This document shows positions 12,737 to 18,868 of a stretch of 64,000 nt of DNA, piece after piece (positions within the stretch are counted from its first letter, which is position 1; each line of letters begins with the position of its first letter). A program made the translations under genes and the position numbers. Source of the DNA: a bacterium (lineage in GTDB: Bacteria; Bacteroidota; Bacteroidia; Bacteroidales; WCHB1-69); contig CAVIJD010000005.1 of assembly GCA_963643165.1 (NCBI GenBank), positions 11,436 through 75,435 of the forward strand, in the 5' to 3' direction. The notes under the pieces were generated by a model. That model ran no database searches. It was not told the origin of the DNA and worked only from the letters and a program-made list of their open reading frames with translations.

Positions 12737-13056
12737 TCACGGCTGCCGCACGAATGTAGAATTTAGAATTTAGAATTTAGAATGTAGAGGCGTTATGCGT
12801 GTTGTTCTTTCTCTCTTTCCACGATGTTGGCCCTCTTCGAGGACCTGTTTGACTCGGGGCGCGGCTTGCTCCGACGGCTTCACCGTCGGTTATGGTCATT
12901 GGCGGCTCAACGAGCCGCCAATGATGGGGCATCTCCGATGCCCGAACACTGCGAGAACTTCTTTTCCAGGGCTGACTTACGACTTATGATGGAAGAGGAG
13001 GCGATTTGCGCAACGCCCCAGCCGCGAACAGTTGGCTCGTTCGTGCGGTAGCCCTG
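12737..13056 (+). mobile_element. R1-A: internally deleted copy of the R1 MITE-like element
   Basis: Left TIR cacggctgccgcacgaatg (12737..12755), five tagaat-type heptamers and hairpins at 12871..12889 and 12897..12923. The right end 13038..13056 aligns to the R1 right TIR at 13 of 19 positions. It lacks ~340 bp between two gcgc(a/g)acgccc repeats. Confidence 0.75.
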
Positions 13057-13071
13057 TGAATCTTTGCCGTT

Positions 13072-13272
13072 CTATTTCCTCAGTTCGTTGACAAGGTCTT
13101 CAAGTATATACTGGTCGCTCATCAAATGCAGTCCCGTCTTGGGGTCGTTTAGTTGCTGGTAAACATTGGTGGAATAAAACAGGTCGAGTGCCCGTTCTGC
13201 ACTGATATGCAGTGTCTCTGCCAGAAGCATGATGATGCGGCTCTGTTTGCGCCATAACACGTTGTCTCTCAT
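13072..13272 (-). CDS. DUF3791-like small protein (second copy in triad)
   Basis: 66 aa: MRDNVLWRKQSRIIMLLAETLHISAERALDLFYSTNVYQQLNDPKTGLHLMSDQYILEDL. Pattern matches DUF3791 as remembered. Confidence 0.7.
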   Translation of the reverse strand: MRDNVLWRKQSRIIMLLAETLHISAERALDLFYSTNVYQQLNDPKTGLHLMSDQYILEDLVNELRK

Positions 13273-13275
13273 ATC

Positions 13276-13782
13276 TTAGTCCTCCTCTTCGGTTACGATG
13301 TTTGATGAAACGAATGTCAGGTACTTGTCCACTATTTCCTGGTTGAGTATGCAAAGCTGATGGTTTACAGCCTTGTATTTCAATTGTCCCAATGCTTGCT
13401 CGGCTGTGATGACTCCATTTTCATAGTCTTCCACAGTGTCGATGACGTTGTCGTTTGCCACGCCTCCCTCCACTATGTCGTATTGCTTTTGCAGGTTGCC
13501 ACCTCTACGGCAGTCTATAACATAGTTGAGCCATTCAAGGTCGTAAGCTTCGAAGGTCTTGATGTGGTAGTTGTTGGCTTTTGCCCCTTCTATGTCCAGG
13601 GTGAAGGTAGAAACCACGGCTTGCGCTCGTTTTCGTCTCTCTGCAATCACTTTGGCCCATGATTCGGCTTGTGTTTGTAGTTTTGTGAGATAGAAGCCTT
13701 GCCCGAAGTCCACGTTGTTTCTGCCCAACTTGACGAGCGGAGTGGTTACTTCCGTATATGACCCATGAAATATTGTTATCAT
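13276..13782 (-). CDS. DUF3990-like protein with ADP-ribosyltransferase-like H-Y-E motifs
   Basis: 168 aa: MITIFHGSYTEV...DFGQGFYLT...YDIVEGGVANDNV. The start overlaps the upstream gene's stop (ATGA at 13779..13782). Confidence 0.75.
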   Translation of the reverse strand: MITIFHGSYTEVTTPLVKLGRNNVDFGQGFYLTKLQTQAESWAKVIAERRKRAQAVVSTFTLDIEGAKANNYHIKTFEAYDLEWLNYVIDCRRGGNLQKQYDIVEGGVANDNVIDTVEDYENGVITAEQALGQLKYKAVNHQLCILNQEIVDKYLTFVSSNIVTEEED

Positions 13783-14012
13783 TGTTCAGCCTCCCAATTT
13801 AAGAGTGTTTCACTTATGTCATCTGCCACCCACTGTAGACTTTGCGTGTGTAGTTCTTCATACCGTTTGAAGAGTCGGTTGTGTATCAACCCCTGCTTCT
13901 GCAAGCGGTCGTGCATGTCTTTGCCGGATATGCCCAAGTTGCGTGCTCCACTTTCTATTGCCATTACTGCGAAGTGGATGCGCCGATATGTGTCATTGTT
14001 TTGAATTTCCAT
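13779..14012 (-). CDS. DUF3791-like small protein (first copy in triad)
   Basis: 77 aa from MEIQNNDTYRRIHFAVMAIESGARNLGISGKDMHDRLQKQGLIHNRLFKRYEELHTQS... The long N-terminal extension in the track ORF (to 14528) runs through repeats R3 and R1 and is rejected. The conserved leader ATG at 14039 is in frame. Confidence 0.7.
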   Translation of the reverse strand: MEIQNNDTYRRIHFAVMAIESGARNLGISGKDMHDRLQKQGLIHNRLFKRYEELHTQSLQWVADDISETLLNWEAEQ

Positions 14013-14021
14013 TTTGTTGGG

Positions 14022-14124
14022 TACTTCTATTTTTAACATTTTCACACCGACCCTCTGAACATTGTGAAGTCCGTTAGCCAAAATCCAAAGATATCGGTGC
14101 GGCAAATATAGTGTTTTTCTGTTA
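14022..14124 (-). promoter_or_regulatory. R3 copy 2: conserved promoter/leader of cassette 2
   Basis: Paralog of 12332..12434. Has a minus-strand TAtaTTTG (+ strand 14103..14110), a caccga...tcggtg stem and an ATG at 14039. Confidence 0.6.
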
Positions 14125-14149
14125 TGACTGTCAGGTAAACACAAAACAG

Positions 14150-14811
14150 CACAAGACCCGGGCGAATGCAGAATGTAGAATGCAGAGGCGTTACGCATGT
14201 TGTTCTTTCTCTCTTTCCACGATGTTGACCCTCTTCGAGGACCTGTTTGACTCGGGGCGCGGCTTGCTCCGACGGCTTCACCGTCGGTTATGGTCATTGG
14301 CGACTCAACGAGCCGCCAATGATGGGGCATCTCCGATGCCCGAGGACTACAAGAACTTCTTTGCCCCACGCACCATGCTAGGGCTGACTTGCCAACTAAG
14401 ATGGAGGATGTGGCCATCTGCGCGACGCCCTCGGAGAGGGCGAAAGCGGGCTGCCGCAGGCAGTCTGCTCCATAACCGGCGGTGGAGCGACCGCAAGGGA
14501 GCGGAACCGTCGGCTGCGACGCGCCCACGCCACCCTCGACCCTCGAAGAGGGCCAACATCAACGTCCAGGTCGGAGATCGCCGACTTCGCCAAGTACAAG
14601 CGGGAGTTCTTCGAGAAGTACATCGACCTTTCCAATGGCCTGCCGACAGACGGCACGCTGCGGCGCTTTTTCCAGAACCAGACCCCGAAGTCGTTCCGGA
14701 CCCGCTTTGCGGAATGGGCATCCTCAATCGTGCATGACAGCGCGCATGGCAAGGTCTTCAAAGCGCAACGCCCCAGCCACAATCAGTGGGCTCATTTGTA
14801 CGGCAACCGTA
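14150..14811 (+). mobile_element. R1-B: full-length R1 MITE-like element with decayed left TIR
   Basis: Nearly identical to 16894..17557 across its interior. Right TIR is catttgtacggcaaccgt. The left TIR matches at only ~12 of 19 positions. Confidence 0.8.
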
Positions 14812-14828
14812 TAAATCATGGCCGGAAA

Positions 14829-14860
14829 TTTGGCTGTGCGATATTATTTTTGTATTTTTG
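14829..14860 (+). promoter_or_regulatory. Bacteroidota promoter (-33 TTTG / -7 TAttTTTG) for the Fic gene
   Basis: TTTG at 14829..14832 and tatttttg at 14853..14860, spaced 20 nt apart, about 44 nt upstream of the ATG at 14904. Confidence 0.5.
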
Positions 14861-14903
14861 CCGCAAAATATGCGGCATTATTTGAATTGTATTACCGCAC
14901 AAA

Positions 14904-16205
14904 ATGACAAAAGGCATGTATATACACGAATATGACAATTGGACAGACTTTCGTTGGGACGATGCGCAGATAGCACTCAAGCTGGATGAGGTGACGCGAA
15001 AACAAGGACTGCTTTACGGCAAATTGAACGGACTTGGCTTTGACAGCCAACTCAATGCGATGGCAGAGAACTTGACACGCGACTTGCTGCATTCGTCAGA
15101 GATTGAAGGCATCCGTCTCAATGCAGACGAGGTGCGTTCGTCAATAGCACGGCGACTGGGTATTGAGAGCAAAAACAGCGTCCCGTCCTCACATTATATA
15201 GACGGAGTGGTGTCTGTAATGCTCGATGCTACCGAAAACTATGAGCATGTGTTAACCAAGGAACGTCTTTGCGGTTGGCAGGCGGCTTTTTTTCCAACAG
15301 GCTTCAGTGGGGGCAGTCAGATAGAGGTTGGCAAGTATCGCACTTGCGACGAACACATCGTATCGGGCTTCTTGGGCCGTGAACGGGTACATTATGTGGC
15401 GCCGTCGCCGGATAGAGTGGAAGCGGAGATGCAGAAGTTTGTCGATTGGTTCAACAGAGAACAACCCGTTTCGCCAGTTATACGCTCTGCTATTGCCCAT
15501 TTCTGGTTCGTCAGCATTCATCCTTTCGAGGACGGCAACGGCCGCTTGGCCCGCATCCTTGGTGACGTGTTCCTGTCACGAGGCGACCGCAGCCGCTTGC
15601 GTTTCTACAACATATCTTCCGAAATAAACCGTGACAAGAAGCATTACTATGAGGTGCTCGAACGAGTGCAGCATGGTGATGGCGACATAACGGAATGGCT
15701 GGTGTGGTATGTGGATACATTGTTGGCGGCTTTGGCTGAGGCAGATTCATTGGTAAATGGTGTACTCAACAAGTCGCTCTTCTGGCTCCGGGCATCGTCG
15801 GCGGCAATGAACCAACGCCAGACTGACACGCTGAACCTTTTCCTTGATGGCTATGAGGCCAAGATTACGACCAAGACGTGGGCCGACCTGAATAAATGTT
15901 CCAAAGACACTGCCGGCCGCGACATTCAGGATTTAGTGCTGAAGGGTATGTTGCGCGAAGATGTCCCTGGAGCTAAACGTCCAAGCTATTCCATTGTGTT
16001 CAGCGATGACGACCTCTATACATCTGACTTCACTGATGTAAGCGTGGAAGGAAATGGCAACGAGTATTATCTGTGTGCTATATATAAAGGTGTAACTTCG
16101 GTACGTGAGCGTATCCTTCGTCTTGATGCGGAACGATACGAACGTGGTGATCTGTCAAAAGAAAATTTGCTTGCCAAGTACTGCAGTTATATCGTAAAAG
16201 AATAA
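14904..16205 (+). CDS. Fic-family protein (AMPylase-type motif; DUF4172-like N-terminus; C-terminal wHTH-like extension)
   Basis: Canonical HPFEDGNGRLAR motif and an N-terminal inhibitory-helix motif SSEIEG, i.e. (S/T)xxxE(G/N). N-terminus is YIHEYDNWTDFRWD. Confidence 0.9.
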   Translation: MTKGMYIHEYDNWTDFRWDDAQIALKLDEVTRKQGLLYGKLNGLGFDSQLNAMAENLTRDLLHSSEIEGIRLNADEVRSSIARRLGIESKNSVPSSHYIDGVVSVMLDATENYEHVLTKERLCGWQAAFFPTGFSGGSQIEVGKYRTCDEHIVSGFLGRERVHYVAPSPDRVEAEMQKFVDWFNREQPVSPVIRSAIAHFWFVSIHPFEDGNGRLARILGDVFLSRGDRSRLRFYNISSEINRDKKHYYEVLERVQHGDGDITEWLVWYVDTLLAALAEADSLVNGVLNKSLFWLRASSAAMNQRQTDTLNLFLDGYEAKITTKTWADLNKCSKDTAGRDIQDLVLKGMLREDVPGAKRPSYSIVFSDDDLYTSDFTDVSVEGNGNEYYLCAIYKGVTSVRERILRLDAERYERGDLSKENLLAKYCSYIVKE

Positions 16206-16240
16206 AAGAGACACGGATGTCATTTGTAGAACACAAGTCT

Positions 16241-16328
16241 TAACCCAACATTGACTCTTCCAAGATGTTTTTCTTTTGTAGTCAGCAGTTTGCGTCATAG
16301 CATTTGCGTCGCTGTGTACTACAGATTT
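16241..16328 (+). repeat. left terminal inverted repeat of the composite IS
   Basis: Hand alignment to the reverse complement of 18518..18605 gives roughly 85% identity. The only block mismatch is cttttgt versus tgggggg. Confidence 0.75.
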
Positions 16329-16444
16329 CCTGACTTTGGCGGTCCGAAATCCGTCTTTGTGCTAATTGTTTGAATATTAGCAAATTAGTGATTTTGTGCA
16401 AATATTTTGGGTGAATCGCTGCTCCTTTTTGCTATCTTCACCGC

Positions 16445-16880
16445 ATGTTTGTACGCAAACGGAGGAATCGTTCAGGCACTACCAGTGTGGTAGTGATAGA
16501 CAAGAGTTCGCACCAATACAGACCTTCCCTTACAGACAATCATTGATCAATATCACGGGCTGTGGGTCGTGGAACGGGCTTTCAGGATATCCAAAGGCAA
16601 CCTTGAGATGAGGCCTATCTTCCACTTCACCGAAAAACGAATAGAAGCGCATATATGCATATGCTTCGTCGCTTACAAGGTCTATAAGGAACTTGAACGT
16701 GTCGTCAAGGAAATCAAACTTGGCATCAGTGTTGACAGACTCCTTGATATTGCGAAAACAATCATCACTCTGCAAGTCAAGATACCGGGAACTGACAACG
16801 TGCGTGCCAAGACACTTTTCCTGACTCAGGAACAGCAATCCCTACTGCCTCTTTTCAAGGAACTGGAAATCGATTCTTGA
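16445..16880 (+). pseudogene. IS1634/IS4-like transposase remnant with large internal deletion
   Basis: N-terminal MFVRKRRNRSGTTSVVVIDKSS then a stop. A different frame from ~16521 gives IIDQYHGLWVVERAFRISKGNLEMRPIFHFTEKRIEAHICICFVAY..., which is C-terminal YREK-region-like. The whole catalytic core is missing. Confidence 0.65.
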
Positions 16881-16893
16881 TTTGGGTGAATCT

Positions 16894-17557
16894 CACGGCT
16901 GCCGCACGAATGTAGAATTTAGAATTAAGAATGCAGAATGTTACGCGTGTTGTTCTCTCTTTCCACGATGTTGGCCCTCTTCGAGGACCTGTTTGATTCG
17001 GGGCGCGGCTTGCTCCGACGGCTTCACCGTCGGTTATGGTCATTGGCGACTCAACGAGCCGCCAATGATGGGGCATCTCCGATGCCCGAGGACTACAAGA
17101 ACTTCTTTGCCCCACGCACCATGCTAGGGCTGACTTGCCAACTAAGATGGAGGATGTGGCCATCTGCGCGACGCCCTCGGAGAGGGCGAAAGCGGGCTGC
17201 CGCAGGCAGTCTGCTCCATAACCGGCGGTGGAGCGACCGCAAGGGAGCGGAACCGTCGGCTGCGACGCGCCCACGCCACCCTCGACCCTCGAAGAGGGCC
17301 AACATCAACGTCCAGGTCGGAGATCGCCGACTTCGCCAAGTACAAGCGGGAGTTCTTCGAGAAGTACATCGACCTTTCCAATGGCCTGCCGACAGACGGC
17401 ACGCTGCGGCGCTTTTCCCAGAACCTGAACCCGAAGTCGTTCCGGGCCCGCTTTGCGGAATGGGCATCCTCAATCGTGCATGACAGCGCGCATGGCAAGG
17501 TCTTCAAAGCGCAACGCCCCAGCCACAATCAGTTGGCTCATTTGTGCGGCAACCGTG
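16894..17557 (+). mobile_element. R1-C: reference full-length copy of R1 MITE-like element (664 bp)
   Basis: Left TIR cacggctgccgcacgaatg (16894..16912). Right TIR 17539..17557, whose reverse complement is cacggttgccgcacaaatg (17 of 19). The interior encodes a decayed ISAs1-type N-terminal domain (EIADFAKYKREFFEKYIDLSNGLPTDGTLRRFSQNLNPKSFRARFAEWASSIV). Confidence 0.8.
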
Positions 17558-18518
17558 GACGACACGACACCGTCGCCTCCTTTGCGGTGAACCAGGCGAA
17601 AGCGGACGAGATGCTGCTCACTGCCGACTTCTTTGCGAACAAGACAGTCGGTATGAGCCTTGACCCGCTGCAGGCCATGGACAACTACGGAATGAGGGAC
17701 GAGCATGCGAAATGTATCGCTCTGCAGAAAGACCAACTCGGGCACAACCGTCTCAGAGCATGGCCTGAAAGCGGCAGACACGGCCGGATGCTCATCTGCT
17801 TCGTGGGGCTCATCCTCGCCTCATATGTCCGTTCGGTGTGGGAGGGTGACGAACTTCTCCGCAAGTGCTTCGACTCGACCGAAATCGTGCTGACCGAGAT
17901 GAGGGCCGTGCGTTGCATAGAGCAGATAAGTTCAACTTATCCGAGAAGGTCATCGAACGCATGGGCAGGACCCGGCAGAGATACCCGTCGATAGCCCGGC
18001 ACTATGCGATAGACTATGTCCCCGACAACGAGGAGCGGCCGAAGAACATGGCCGACATCCGCTGGCGGATAGCCGTGCCGGAGAATGTGGACAGGGACAG
18101 CGGCGTCTATTTCCTGCGCACAAACGTGCCGACTTTTGACGAGAAGACCGCCTGGGACTACTACAACCTGACGCGGGAGATAGAATGCACCAACCGCCAG
18201 TTGAAGACCGACCTCGGCCTGCGCCCCGTCTATCACCAGACCGACGGGCGTTCGGACGCCCACCTCTTCTTCGGGCTGCTGGCCTACTGGGTCGTGAATA
18301 CCATACGTCACAGGCTGAAGCAGAGGGGGATGACTCACTGTTGGACGGAAATCGTGAGGAGGATGTCAACGCAGAAGGCCATAACGACGAAAGCCGTCAA
18401 TGCCGTCGGCGAAAAGGTCCGCATGCGGCAGTGCAGCGAGCCGACGAAGGTCGCCAACGAAATCTACGAACTCTTGGACTACAAGAAAATGCCGTTCCGG
18501 AAAATCAAGATCGAATAA
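17558..18518 (+). pseudogene. two further transposase C-terminal fragments (IS1634/IS4-like), frameshifted
   Basis: Fragment 1: ...YGMRDEHAKCIALQKDQLGHNRLRAWPESGRHGRMLICFVGLILASYV...TEIVLTEMRAVRCIE, with a frameshift near 17930. Fragment 2: SGVYFLRTNVPTFDEKTAWDYYNLTREIECTNRQLKTDLGLRPVYHQTDGRSDAHLFFGLLAYW... ending at the right IR. No intact DDE core is present. Confidence 0.6.
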
Positions 18519-18605
18519 AATCTGTAGTACACAGCGACGCAAATGCAATGACGCAAGTTGCTGACTCCCCCCAAAAAACATCTTGAAAAAGTCAAAGTTG
18601 GGTTA
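18518..18605 (-). repeat. right terminal inverted repeat of the composite IS
   Basis: See 16241..16328. It starts at the stop codon of the last transposase fragment. Confidence 0.75.
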
Positions 18606-18868
18606 TTTTAGTCCAAACCGTTCAACCTGTTCGTAGCGGCATACGTTGTCAACCAGGTTCGTCAGGGTGTTTCAGGCCGCGTTCCGCGCAAAGCCTCCCC
18701 GTCACCCGCCCACAACTCATTGCCATGGCCAACCTTTGTCGCGTTGTTCTCCCCGCTGGAGTTGCGCTGACAGGACATCTCCACGAAACAATCCTCACCC
18801 CCTCGCTCGCCTCTGCACAATTTTTTCCCCTTTTCTGCGTTGTACTGCTTTAATTTAAATGCACGATT

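Larger units (their letters stand above)
16241..18605. mobile_element. degenerate composite IS region bounded by ~88-bp imperfect inverted repeats
   Basis: 16241..16328 and the reverse complement of 18518..18605 align end to end (taacccaac...gcatttgcgtcgctgtgtactacagattt). The interior holds only transposase fragments plus a nested R1 copy. Confidence 0.7.

Noticed and set aside
12751-12788. The tandem tagaat-type repeats considered as a possible CRISPR or other spacer-repeat array.
   Set aside because: The units are 7 bp with no spacers and lie inside a transposable-element end. This is a microsatellite-like subterminal repeat, not a CRISPR. No CRISPR array is present anywhere in the window.
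14347-14782. Repeated 126-139-aa ORFs on both strands inside R1 copies. Examples are 14347..14727, 14396..14782, 17093..17473, 17142..17528, 16855..17274, 26908..27294 and the N-terminal 170 aa of 13779..14528.
   Set aside because: They recur only because the DNA repeat recurs. They are Arg/Pro/Ser/Ala-rich low-complexity translations, differ by frameshifts between copies, and run across TIRs and cassette leaders. The only protein-like signal in R1 is the decayed ISAs1-type N-terminal domain on the + strand.
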